Assembly: GCA_963823665.1 (NCBI GenBank)
Contig: CAWGMQ010000002.1
Span: 128,001 to 192,000 of the forward strand
Reading direction: 5' to 3'
DNA: 64,000 nucleotides
Source of the DNA: an uncultured Planctomycetota bacterium
GTDB lineage: Bacteria; Planctomycetota; Planctomycetia; Isosphaerales; Isosphaeraceae
Part shown: positions 28,487 through 39,281 of the stretch, in pieces
Position numbering within the stretch: the first letter of the stretch is position 1
Layout of the letters: each line of letters opens with the position of its first letter
Made by a program: the position numbers and the translations under genes
Notes under the pieces: model-generated
What the model was told of the DNA's origin: nothing
The model's database searches: none
What the model saw: only the letters and a program-made list of their open reading frames with translations

Positions 28487-31400
28487 CGAATCCCGAACCG
28501 AATCAGCGGGTCTACGCCATCTTCGACCAGGTGCTTCAGTGCGACCCGTCCGACCGGCCGGCCCTGCTCGACGAATTGTGCGCCGACGATCACGAACTGC
28601 ACGCCGAAGTCGAGCGGCTCCTTGGCGCCGACGAGCGGGCCAGCCAAGAGGACTTCCTGGCGCCACCGAAACAACCAGCAGGCGACGCCGACCACCACCC
28701 GCGGCCACCCCTGAGGCTGCACGGGCTGGAGGCGCACGTCCGCTGCCCACAATGCCAGAACCCGATCGGGCTGGCGAACTTGTCTGTCGCCGAGAACGAG
28801 GTGGTTTGCCCCTCCTGCGGATCGAGCTTCCAGTTGGAGCGGGAGTCGACCGTCCCTTGGAGCCTGCGAAAGGGCCAACGGTGGCTCGGCCGATTCGAGC
28901 TGATCAAGCCTGCCGGTCTCGGGGCCTTTGGCACGGTGTACGAAGCTCGCGACCACCAGCTCGCCCGCACGGTGGCCATCAAGGTTCCCCGGATCGGCAA
29001 TCTAGCCACTGAGGATGATCGCGAACGGTTTCTGCGGGAGGGTCGCAGCGTTGCCCAGTTGCGGCACGAGTTCATCGTGGCGGTCCACGAGGTGGGGGAG
29101 CAAGAGGGGGTGCCCTACCTGGTCAGCGACTTCGTGAAGGGGCTGTCACTGTCGGACTGGCTGACCGGTCGCCGGCTGGCCCCGAACGAAGCCGCCCGTC
29201 TCATTGCCGAGATCGCCCGTGCCCTCCAGTACGCCCACGAGCGGGGAGTGATCCACCGCGACGTCAAGCCGTCAAATATCATGTTGGACGACCAACTGAA
29301 GCCGCACTTGATGGACTTTGGGCTGGCCAAGCGCGACGTCGGCGAAATCACCATGACGATTGAGGGCGACGTGCTGGGAACCCCGGCGTACATGAGCCCT
29401 GAGCAGGCGCAGGGGCAAGGCCACAAAGTCGATGGGCGCAGCGACGTCTATAGCCTGGGAGTCGTCCTCTACCAGCTGCTGACCGACGAATTGCCGTTTC
29501 GCGGCAATCCGCGGATGTTGCTGTACCAGGTGCTCAACGACGAGCCCAAACCCCCGCGTAAGATCAACGATCGCATCCCGCGCGATCTCGAGACAATGTG
29601 CCTGAAGGCTATGGCCAAGGAGCCGACACGCCGGTACTCTACTGCGGCCGCGCTTGCCGAGGATTTAGGGCGGTTCTTGAATGGGGAGCCGATCCAAGCT
29701 CGGCCGGTGGGACAGCTCGAACGGTCGGTCAAATGGCTCCGGCGACGGCCCGCGCTGGCGTCCGCCATCGGAGTTAGCCTGGCGGCAGTCGTCGCCCTCC
29801 TCGCACTCGGTTCCTGGTTTACCCTGAGCTTACAGGGAATCAACCAAGGCCTAAGCACGGCGAACGCCGAGATCACGCAGCGGCGGATGGAAACAGAGTC
29901 GGCCGCCAAGAAAACTCGAGAAAGCCTGGTCCGGCTCTCCAGCTCGACGGGCGACCACGCCGCCGAGGACGGTGACTGGTGGACCGCTCTGCTGTGGTAT
30001 CACCGCGCCTGGAAGCTCGATCAGGGTCGCGGCGAGGCCGGTGGCCATCGACAGCGGATCGCGGCGCTCCTCGCACGCTGCCCGCACCTTTTGGGAATCT
30101 GCTTCCATAAGGACGCGGTACTCGAGGCGGAGTTCACACCATCCGGCGAACGAATCGCGACGGTCACCGAGAATGCGCGTGCTTACCTGTGGGAGCCTCG
30201 TCGGAATCAGTGCCTGGCCGAATTGCGCCACGAAGGAGCCGTAGTTCATGTTACGATCGATCCGGCCGGCCAGCGGATTGCCACGGCCGGGAAGGACGGC
30301 TGCGTTCGATTGTGGAACGCCACCGACGGCAAACCGCTCCTCTCTCTGCATCACCCTGCTGCGGTCAATTGGGCCGCATTCAGCGCCGACGGGACGTACT
30401 TGGCCACCGCTTGCACCGATGGTTTCGTCCGGCTCTGGCAGGCCGACACAGGCGCTGTCGGCTCCGTCAAGATCGCGACGGCCGGCGCAGCGCTGTTCGT
30501 TGTCTTCAGCCCGGATAGCTCCCGGTTCTTGACGGTCGATGACTCGGAACATGCGCGGGTCTGGAACGCAGCAACCGGTGAGGCGCAAAGTCCACCTTTA
30601 CCGCACCGAATGCAGCCCGGGAGTCTGGGTCCTGTCGCCAAGGTGCTTCCCTCGTTCAGTCCGGACGGTCGCTGGGTCGTAACGGTTTATAATCACGGCC
30701 GCTCGGACGGCGTGACCGCGTATGAAAAAAGCTCACTGCATTTCTGGTAAGCAGGAACAGAGTTCAGCAGCGTGCCACGGGGCAAAGCTCTCAGCCAGGC
30801 CGTTTTCAGTCCGGACAGCAAACAGGTCCTCACATTTGGATCAACCCGCACGGTCTGGCTGCTGAACGTGCCTGGAGGCCCCGACGCTGGGGAACGGTAT
30901 TTTGAAACTCCGCGCGAGGTGCAACGCGGTTGTTTTTCTCCGGACGGCCGGGTGATCGCCACGGCGAGTAGTGGAGGATGGGTCCAATTCTGGGATCGCT
31001 CGCGCTTGCTTCCCATCGGCGCCACCACGAGCGACAAGCCCGGCATGAGTTTCCGTCACGTGGCATCGCTCACACAACTCGTGTTCAGCCCGGACGGCAG
31101 CTATGTGTTGTCGGCCGGCCACGATGGAACCGCACGATTGTGGCAACTGCCGCCCAGTCAGTTTCGTGGTCGATTTTATGAATTCGACTGCGGCCGAGCC
31201 CACCTGAGTGGGTCGTGGCCGGATCTCGCCACGGGTCTCAGCGTTGCTTATAGTCCTGACGGGAAGCGAGAGATTCGTTTCGGCCCGCCGGGCAAGACAA
31301 CCATCCAAGAGCGCACCCGTAGCCGGGCGGTTGTTACCTTGAATACCGAGGGCGCTGTGCTCGGGGCTGAGTTCAGCGCGGACGGGCAAAGGGTGGCGAC

Positions 31401-32985
31401 CATCGCCATGAACGGGGTGAGGATCTGGTCTGCCCAGTCTGGAGAGGCGATCGGCCCTCGGTTCCCGGTGAATGGCCGCGTGGACTTGAGCCTCGATGGC
31501 CAAGGCCATCGTCTTGCGGCGGCTGATATAAACGGTGCCGTCTACACCTGGGAGGCGGATACGGGAAGAACGCTGGTTGAGCCGTTTCTGGCCCCCTCTG
31601 ACGCAAGCAAAGATCTCGTTCGCGTGAGCGCGGCCGCTCGGCCGAAAGGACCCTCGACCGCCCAGCAATCGGTCATCTCGCTGAGCGAGAACGGCGGACT
31701 ACTTGCCGCTGCGACTAGGTTCAAGACCGGAGCTCATCCAACTGCGGCACTCATCGACGTCGAGACCGGTTCGACACGCTTCGTCGTCACGAAGACGAAT
31801 GCGGTCATTCAGTCTCTCAAACTGAGCCGCGATGGCAAGCACTTACTCATCGCGTCCTCCGACACGACGGCGCGGGTCTACGACAGCGCGACCGGCGAGC
31901 CGGCCGGACCGCCCTTGCGACATCCCAACTTCGTCCGTTCTGCGACATTCAGTTGCGACGGACGGTATGTCGCAACGGCCGATGCGCTGCAAAACGTCCG
32001 CGTCTGGGACGGCACGACCGGCGACCTCCTGGTACCTCCCCTGCCGGCAAGATCGGGCGCTGAGCCAAATCGTGTTTGGTTCAGCCGGGACGATCGGCGC
32101 GTCGTTCTGCGATCGAACGCCGGCAGTCTCATTCAGTGGGATCTTCCGGCTCTCGGCGCTGCGATGTTTCCCTCGACCGAATTGATGGATCTTCTTGTCG
32201 GCCTAACGATCGATGAGACGGAGGGCATCGCGTTCGTGGACATGAACACCTTCCGCGACGCACCGGAACATTTCGGCGAGATTTGGTTGTACTGGATCGA
32301 TCACGGCTTGCTCCAAACGCCGGCACGCGTCGGCGATAACCGTTCCGTGGGCATGCCGGCCCCGGAGCCGAAAGGTCGCGAGTTAGCGGGCTGGGGATTG
32401 GCCATCGACCCGGACAACGATTGCGAAATCCGTGCTGAGCAGAATGTTCTGTCCTTGCGGGTGCCCGGCCGTTTGCACGACGTGTCTCCCGATGGAAGCC
32501 TGGCCAATGCACCGCGCGTCCTGCGCTCAGTGCAAGGTGATTTCGCTTTCACAGTTAAGGTCGTCGCCAAATTCCAACCTGGCCCAACGTCTGTTAATCC
32601 TCGGATATTATCGCAGAACAGGGCCGGCATCCTTGTCTGGAACAATTCGGAAAACTTCATTCGGCTAGATCGGGTCGCCATTTTTCGCGATGGAAAAACC
32701 TTCGGCGGCGTCCTCCTGAGTTCGGTGACCGATGGCCAGCCTCCGCCCCTCCTCGGCGAAACAGCTCAGCACGAAACGTACTATGTGCGAGTTCATCGCA
32801 AGGGAAACGTCATTATCGGTGCGTTCTCCAAGGACGGCACCAAATGGACGGAGCTCAAGCCGATCGAAATTAGCTGGCCGGCAACGCTGAAAGTTGGGCT
32901 CGACGCGGCGAACTCCAGTTCCGAGCCGTTTTCGGTGGAATTCAAAGAGGCGGATCTCCAGGCCAACGGCGCTGCATCGAAGTAG
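28483..32985 (+). CDS. Ser/Thr kinase with zinc ribbon, TM helix, WD40 repeats and C-terminal ConA/DUF1349-like domain; in-frame TAA at 30748-30750
   Basis: CPQC...CPSC; GLGAFGTV, VAIK, HRDVKPSN, DFG, GTPAYMSPEQ; ORFs 28453..30750 and 30772..32985 share one frame and WD40 repeats continue across the stop; C-terminal NAPRVLRSVQGDF...AGILVW...FSKDGTKW. Confidence 0.85.
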
Positions 32986-33432
32986 TGCTGGCCGCACGGC
33001 AAGAGCTAGTGCTGACAGCCGTCTTTGCGTAAACCGCAAGCTGACCTGCCACTGAGCGCCCGTGACGCACCGGCAACCCGGCGGCCGTCATGCAATGTCC
33101 CGTCTCGACTCCGGCGATCCTTGGCCGAACGAGCCAAGCAGTGAGACCGCCTCGGTCCCATTGCTCGGGAATGAATAGACGGAGAACCGCTGCCTGCTCG
33201 GGTGCCGAGTATCAGAGACTAGCGAGAAATCAAGCGAGACTGAAGATGCTTCCCAAACGGCCGTTGACCAGCTCGAGCATCGCGGGCCGTCGCTTCGCGC
33301 GACTGATGCCTCGGCCGTGCGCGGCGGCGCCGAATACTTCGCGCTCCAGTCCGACGATACGCCCGCCCGCTTCAGCCAAGACGAACGGTAGGCCCAGTGC
33401 AATGGGGTATCACGCGCGTAACCAGTCCGGTT

Positions 33433-34047
33433 CTATCGAAGAATCGCACGCACCGGCGCCCCATCAGCCCCAACCAGCTTCATGGGAAGCGCAATCAGCT
33501 CATAAACACCGTCAGGAACACCCGAAAGCTCGAGCGATTCGAGAATCGTGATCCCATTCGCCCCCAATGCGTGATGAACCGGCAGAGTCTTGCTGTCCAG
33601 TTGGTCGACCGACGGAACATCGAGCCCCACCAGAACGACCCCCTGTCGACTGAGCCACTCCGGAAGATCTTCATCCATGACGGGGATACTCGCCGGAAAG
33701 CACGCGTGGTCCGTCCACGAGCCCGTGTGAAACAGCACGCGAGGTGTCCTCGAAAGATCGAACCGCTCCACATCCTCCCGCCGAATTCGCAAGGAGCCGG
33801 CAATAGAGATCACCCGTGCAGGTCCGATAAACGGCTCCAGCCCGACCGCGTCAATGGTGGCACCTGCGTCATCGTAATGAAACGGCGCATCCGCATGAGA
33901 CCCGGTATGAACGCTCAGCCCAAACTGGCCCACATTCACCGTCGCCCCGTCCTGCTTCCTCCACGTCCAGGTAAATCGGAACGGCGTGTCATCAGGCCAG
34001 ACGGCGAGCGAATCACTCATCGGAATCGTTATGTCGTGGATCGTCAT
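33433..34047 (-). CDS. kynB: Cyclase-family metallohydrolase (kynurenine formamidase-like)
   Basis: VWPDD, HTGSHADAPFH, LVGLDVPSVD, ILESL, YELIALPMKLVGADGAPVRAIL. Confidence 0.88.
   Translation of the reverse strand: MTIHDITIPMSDSLAVWPDDTPFRFTWTWRKQDGATVNVGQFGLSVHTGSHADAPFHYDDAGATIDAVGLEPFIGPARVISIAGSLRIRREDVERFDLSRTPRVLFHTGSWTDHACFPASIPVMDEDLPEWLSRQGVVLVGLDVPSVDQLDSKTLPVHHALGANGITILESLELSGVPDGVYELIALPMKLVGADGAPVRAILR
33710..33755. repeat. 46-bp direct repeat, copy 2
   Basis: 44/46 identical to 23122-23167. Confidence 0.92.
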
Positions 34048-34287
34048 TTGATTGGTTGGCTCCAGACTCGTCGATTCGCTCCCGAATTGCAGTAGCCTGG
34101 ATCGAGATCTCCCAGTCGACGTCCCAGATTCGCAATCTCAGGCGGCGGCGATGGTACATCACGCGGAGCACATCAGCTACAATAAATGGGCAACCAGCAG
34201 GAGCAGCGCGAAAACTGCTGGACACGTGTAGCAGCGAGCACTTAGCCTGTGGGAATGGGCAACAACGACAAACGATGAGAAAAAGCG

Positions 34288-34581
34288 ATGGCAACCTCGA
34301 CCGTCACCCATTACCAGCACTTGGAGGCGCGTCCCGGCTCCAACTATCGCCAGCTCTTCTTGAAGGATCGCCGCATCCGCGCTGCCGTCGTCTACGAAGC
34401 AGTCCACGGTCCCGACCCTTACTCTCCCGATGAGTTCGCCCGCGAGTACGCTGTGCCTCTGGAAGCGGTGCGCGAGGCGCTCGACTACGTCGCCAACAAC
34501 ATGGCGTTGATCGAAGCGGAGCGGGACCGCGAAGCAGCTGACGTCCGAGCCCGTCATCTCGATCGTCCAAAGCAGTCGTAA
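34288..34581 (+). CDS. DUF433-like antitoxin
   Basis: YQHLEARPGSNYRQLFLKDRRIRA...SPDEFAREYAVPLEAVREALDY HTH pattern. Confidence 0.8.
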   Translation: MATSTVTHYQHLEARPGSNYRQLFLKDRRIRAAVVYEAVHGPDPYSPDEFAREYAVPLEAVREALDYVANNMALIEAERDREAADVRARHLDRPKQS

Positions 34582-34693
34582 CGACCCACGTCATAACCTG
34601 ACCGAGCGGGCTATCGCGACGGCACTTTCAAACTTGGAGTCTTCTGGAAACGCCCTCGCCGACGCAATCCACGTCCTGAATCATTGGCGTTGA
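34580..34693 (+). pseudogene. C-terminal remnant of a PIN-like (DUF5615-type) toxin
   Basis: Start-less frame NDPRHNLTERAIATALSNLESSGNALADAIHVLNHWR* directly after the antitoxin; resembles toxin C-termini by recollection. Confidence 0.6.
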
Positions 34694-34719
34694 GTTTCCG
34701 TCCATCCGTTCCCGATCCA

Positions 34720-37700
34720 TCAAAGCCCGGCCACGGCGCTCTTCCGCCGAAGCTGAAGTACTTTGGCGTCAGGATCAACAACGACTTTCACCGGCTCGAA
34801 GTGACTCTTGATCTCAACCTTCTTCGACTCACCCTTCCCCAACACAACCGTCGCACGTGCTTCCTTGTAATCAGCCGAAGCCGATCCATCCTTGTTGAAC
34901 CGTTCCCCGCGCGTCGCAGCGATCTCAACCGGCATCTCCCCGCTTCCGGCATTCTCCACCCGCACGCTCACGTCCCAGCTTTCCCCCCGCGCCGTTTTCT
35001 TCGCGTCGTGCAACACATATTCAGGCACCACCACTTCATGGAACCACTGATGAGTAAAGGCGTCGAACGCGGCGGGATCAGCGGCGAACGGCCGCATCGA
35101 GACCAGAAAATCTTGAAGGACGGGATGATCCGTATTGGCTTGATACGTCTTGATGAACGCCCGCATGCCGGCCAGGGCCTTGTCGCGTCCCATCTGGTTG
35201 AGGAGCATCCAGAAGACCCAGCCTCCCTTGTCGTAAGTGACAGTGGTGTCGCCAGGGCGCTCGCCGGTGATCTTCACCAGCGGGAGCTCTGAGTCAGACT
35301 GCCGGCTCCGAGTATAACTCGCCTCGAGCCGCTTGCAAAAATCAATGCGGGAGTTCAATCCCTTCGCCTGCTCAACCAGCAGAATGGTCGAGAAATGCGC
35401 AGTGCCTTCCGAGAGGATGTTGCCCCCAGGTCCCTTGCCCGGCGAAAGCAGGTTGCCCCACCACTGGTGCGCCGCCTCATGCGACGTGATCTCGAACGCA
35501 GCGTGGTTCTCCGGCGTGCTCGAAGTCAAGAAGCCGATACCCTCGGAGAACGTGATATTCGTGGGAAATCCCTGCGCATAGCCGGCAAGGTTGGGAAACT
35601 CGCTGAGCTTCAGCTCGCGCCACGGAAACGGGTAAAACCACTCGGAACAATAACGACGCGCCGCGTCGAGCGCCTCGCGCATCTCGGCGATGTTGTAAGG
35701 ATGCCCGCGGTAGTAGTAAACGGCTGTCCCTTCGCCGCGCTCCACCTGCCATCGTCCCGCAATCACGTTGAAGAAGCTCACCGGAAAGTCGCTCTCCCAG
35801 ACCACCGTGCGGCGGCCATCTTTCACATCTTCGGCAGTCTTCGTGCCCACTGAATTGATGGTGAAATCTTCCGGCCCCGTGACCGTGATCTTCGTCGTAT
35901 AAGGCGCTCTGGCCCCCATGAAGGAATCCGTCTGCCCCTTGTAGAAGTCGTCACGATATTCCTTGGGATCTTGACGGTTCTCGTCGTCGATCCCGACCGA
36001 GTCTTGAAACCCGAGCAAGGGTACGATGCTCGGGCGAAAGCTCGTCAAAACAACCGATGAAGGGAGGATGAACTCCGGAGCACCGCCACCACGCTTGCTG
36101 ATCCCCCGCGGAAAAGTCCCCTCGTGTTCGAACCCGATCTCCACTTTCTGGCCGGGCGCGAACGAGCCCCCCGGTGGAATGAACACGTATAAATGTGAGC
36201 GGTCGATCGGTGACACCGGTTCACCCCCCATCGTCCACGAAAGCTTCTCCCAGTGTAGACCACCCGTCAGCAAGATTTCGTCAAGCGGCTTCTCGCCGAG
36301 ATTGACCAGCAGATATTTGCCCTTTGCATGGTATCGATGCTTTTCCGGAAAGAGGTCCAGCTCGAGCGTCACGTGCTGAATATCAGGCACCCTGGCATCG
36401 CGATACGTGGCGAGGTTCTTCCGCCAGTAATCCTTCGCCTGCTTCTCTGCCGAGCCTCCTTCGTAGCCCCAGCCGACCAGAAGAGCGAGCCAGATGCCCG
36501 CCGCCAGCGGCACAATGGCCCACGGCAACAGCCTGAGCACAGTGCGGAAGAGCGAAACCGGCCGAAGGCGGTGGATGAATCGTGTCGCATCAACTTCGCG
36601 CCAACGCGCAAACCGCAGTGTCATCGCCACGAAGAGGACCGTCACGCCCACTGCAAGCACGCGGCTCAAGACAATCGCAATGCGATCCAGCTCCAGCGTA
36701 CTGATGTCGCTCGCGTGTACCGCACTCCAGAGCGGCCAGTTCCCCACCCAGTTGATCCGGTCGGTCATGAGGCGATAACCCGTGAAGTAGAGCAAAGGCA
36801 GCGCGAGCGCATACGTCGTGTACCGATTCTGAGTGATCGTGTGAACCAAAGTCACAAAGCCGGTCCACACCAGAATCGAGGGAGCGAGCAACAACCCCCA
36901 GTAGAGCAAGAACGGCCGGAGCTGGACGCCGACTTTTTGCTGGATCGCGAGCGCGATCAACCCCGCCACGAAAAGCGCGATCACGACGACGATCGCAACC
37001 ACCGCCAGTGCGATGCTCTTCCCCAGCAAGAACGCGCCGCTGCGAACGGGCGTGGCAAACGCGATCGCCGCCAGCCGCGTCGACCGCTCCCGCTCGATCG
37101 CCTCGACTGTGTAAAACAGCAGAAGAAGGCAGAGGCACGTGATCAGCGTGCCCATCGTGCCCACGGCGAAACGAACCGGCGTGATGAGCAGCGACGTGTC
37201 GAGAAAGCTCACTTCGATGAGCGCCGTGGCAACCGTCTGCAGCAAGATCAGCGGAATGAACAGATAAAGCCCTGGGCTAGAGCGCAGCTCGATAAGCTCG
37301 ATTCTCGCCACGTGCCAGGCACCCGCCAGCAAGCCCGGGCGCGCTGACCTCATCCCCAGCGATTCCAGTGCTGCCGCCCGCTTGACAACAACCGGTAATG
37401 GATTGGGCTCCGCCGCCAAAATAGCGTGCTTCCTGGTTCGTTGCGAGACAACTCCGCGCAGTCGTCTCGTGAAATGCCAGCGGCCCAGAGCCACGGCCAG
37501 TAAGCCCAGTCCAATGAAGACCGCACGGCTGATCAGGAAACCCCGATCGAGCGGGATCGCCGCCGTGTTGTAGAAGTTTACCCCGCGGTCCACCTTCAGC
37601 CAGGTCTCGTTGAGCCAGCGAAACCCCGCTGAGTCGATCATCATGAGTGCGTAATCGACCCGCGGGTCAAGCCAGCTCGGCGACCACTCCCACAGGAAGA

Positions 37701-38322
37701 AGCCGTTAAGAATCACGATCGCCACCGGCAGCAGAAACACAAGTACAGGCCGGCGCGACCACTCGCCGATTGCAAACGATACACCTGCCAGGAAAACGAT
37801 CGTCGGTACCGAAAAGACGAGCGCAGGTTTGAGGTAATTAAGAAGGTGGAACGAACCGCGAAATTCCTGCGCCTCAGCGTTGGGCATCAGGTGGAAGAAG
37901 AAAGCGCTCGCCGCCAGGTGAATGCACAGGATGCAGAGACATCCTGTCAGCACGGCACCGAACTTCGCCCAGATATATTCGCGCGGGCGAAGCGCCGTCG
38001 CATGGAGCATGTCCCCCAGTCGCCACTCCTCGTCCTGGATGATCGCCATGCCTGCGGCGACGGAGATGAAAAAGGCATAAAACATCGTCGTGAAGATCGC
38101 AAGCTGCATCGCTATGGCAAATTCGGAGGTGATATACGCCTTCGTGCCCCCAACCGAAGCGTCGCCCGAGACAATCCGCACGTTTCCGCCCGAAAGTCCC
38201 CAGGCGGTAAGCGCAAGGACAAGCGCCCACACGGCAAAAAGCGGGCGTCGCGAATGATAGACCAGATCGCCCAGGAACACGGTCCGAAAACGCGACCACG
38301 CCCGCCATGGTCTCCCCATCAT
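34720..38322 (-). CDS. ABC-2 type permease (two membrane domains) fused to an M1-family aminopeptidase
   Basis: Multi-TM N-terminal half; YAQGFP, HEAAHQWWGN...LSEG, TYDKGGWVFWML. Confidence 0.92.
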   Translation of the reverse strand: MMGRPWRAWSRFRTVFLGDLVYHSRRPLFAVWALVLALTAWGLSGGNVRIVSGDASVGGTKAYITSEFAIAMQLAIFTTMFYAFFISVAAGMAIIQDEEWRLGDMLHATALRPREYIWAKFGAVLTGCLCILCIHLAASAFFFHLMPNAEAQEFRGSFHLLNYLKPALVFSVPTIVFLAGVSFAIGEWSRRPVLVFLLPVAIVILNGFFLWEWSPSWLDPRVDYALMMIDSAGFRWLNETWLKVDRGVNFYNTAAIPLDRGFLISRAVFIGLGLLAVALGRWHFTRRLRGVVSQRTRKHAILAAEPNPLPVVVKRAAALESLGMRSARPGLLAGAWHVARIELIELRSSPGLYLFIPLILLQTVATALIEVSFLDTSLLITPVRFAVGTMGTLITCLCLLLLFYTVEAIERERSTRLAAIAFATPVRSGAFLLGKSIALAVVAIVVVIALFVAGLIALAIQQKVGVQLRPFLLYWGLLLAPSILVWTGFVTLVHTITQNRYTTYALALPLLYFTGYRLMTDRINWVGNWPLWSAVHASDISTLELDRIAIVLSRVLAVGVTVLFVAMTLRFARWREVDATRFIHRLRPVSLFRTVLRLLPWAIVPLAAGIWLALLVGWGYEGGSAEKQAKDYWRKNLATYRDARVPDIQHVTLELDLFPEKHRYHAKGKYLLVNLGEKPLDEILLTGGLHWEKLSWTMGGEPVSPIDRSHLYVFIPPGGSFAPGQKVEIGFEHEGTFPRGISKRGGGAPEFILPSSVVLTSFRPSIVPLLGFQDSVGIDDENRQDPKEYRDDFYKGQTDSFMGARAPYTTKITVTGPEDFTINSVGTKTAEDVKDGRRTVVWESDFPVSFFNVIAGRWQVERGEGTAVYYYRGHPYNIAEMREALDAARRYCSEWFYPFPWRELKLSEFPNLAGYAQGFPTNITFSEGIGFLTSSTPENHAAFEITSHEAAHQWWGNLLSPGKGPGGNILSEGTAHFSTILLVEQAKGLNSRIDFCKRLEASYTRSRQSDSELPLVKITGERPGDTTVTYDKGGWVFWMLLNQMGRDKALAGMRAFIKTYQANTDHPVLQDFLVSMRPFAADPAAFDAFTHQWFHEVVVPEYVLHDAKKTARGESWDVSVRVENAGSGEMPVEIAATRGERFNKDGSASADYKEARATVVLGKGESKKVEIKSHFEPVKVVVDPDAKVLQLRRKSAVAGL

Positions 38323-39281
38323 GCCTCACCTCGTTCACCGTGGCCGTGGACGAGCGCCGCACCGTTGGCCAACTCGCGAACCGCAGGTGCACTCGTACCG
38401 GGAAGACTACCGGTTCTGATCGCGACCAGGTACGCATCTTCGAGTGTCGGCGCAATCGGAGCGAACCCGCCAGGCGGCGTACCATTGGGTTCATAGACCC
38501 GCACCCGGTTCCGCCCTTCGACCAGATAAGCCTGGGTCACGCATCGCGCAGGATCGGCCTCGAGCTGCTCGTACTGTGCAGCGGGTATCGAGCCTTCGTA
38601 AATCGTTCCCTCGATCGCCTCGCGGGCCCCGCTTGGCGTCGTGTTGGCCACCAGCCGGCCACTCCTGATCACGGCAAAGCGCGGGCAAAGCACAGCCACA
38701 TCCTCCACGATGTGGGTGGAGAGCAGCACGATCCGGTCCGCGGCCAGCTCGGAGAGCAACCGGTAAAACCGCAGTCGCTCTTCGGGGTCGAGCCCCGCCG
38801 TTGGCTCGTCGACGATCATCAACCGAGGGTTGCCGGCAATGGCTTGCGCGATCCCCAGCCGCTGTCGCATCCCGCCTGAGTACGTCTTGACCTTGCGCCA
38901 GCCTGCAAACGAAAGGTTCACCCGCTCCAGCAAGTCGCGACACAACGCGCGCAGGCCCTGAGGCGCACTCACACCCTTGAGCCGCAACAGGTATTCGAGC
39001 ATTTTCTCGCCGGTCAGGTGCGGAAAAAAACCGAAGTCCTGCGGAAGGTAGCCCAGAACCTCCCAGATACGCTCGGGACGCTTGAGCATCGACTCGCCGT
39101 CGAGAGTCGCAAGGCCCGAGCTCGATTCCAGCAGGCCCGCCAGAATCCTCATCAATGTCGTCTTGCCCGCACCATTGGGCCCCAGCAGACCGAACATCCC
39201 GTTCGGCACGTCCAGATCGATCCCGGCAAGCGCCGTGACGGGGCCGGGGTAGATCTTCACCAGATCACGTATGACGAGCAT
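38319..39281 (-). CDS. ABC transporter ATP-binding protein
   Basis: GPNGAGKTT, YSGGMRQR, IVDEPTAGLD, STH; overlaps the permease start (ATGA). Confidence 0.95.
   Translation of the reverse strand: MLVIRDLVKIYPGPVTALAGIDLDVPNGMFGLLGPNGAGKTTLMRILAGLLESSSGLATLDGESMLKRPERIWEVLGYLPQDFGFFPHLTGEKMLEYLLRLKGVSAPQGLRALCRDLLERVNLSFAGWRKVKTYSGGMRQRLGIAQAIAGNPRLMIVDEPTAGLDPEERLRFYRLLSELAADRIVLLSTHIVEDVAVLCPRFAVIRSGRLVANTTPSGAREAIEGTIYEGSIPAAQYEQLEADPARCVTQAYLVEGRNRVRVYEPNGTPPGGFAPIAPTLEDAYLVAIRTGSLPGTSAPAVRELANGAALVHGHGERGEA

Noticed and set aside
2585..30750. Stop-codon reassignment or Sec/Pyl read-through
   Set aside because: The three internal stops are of three different types, and all three codons terminate normal genes in this window
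33000..33430. Gene or integrase remnant at the right end of the putative island
   Set aside because: No frame shows recombinase or other recognisable motifs
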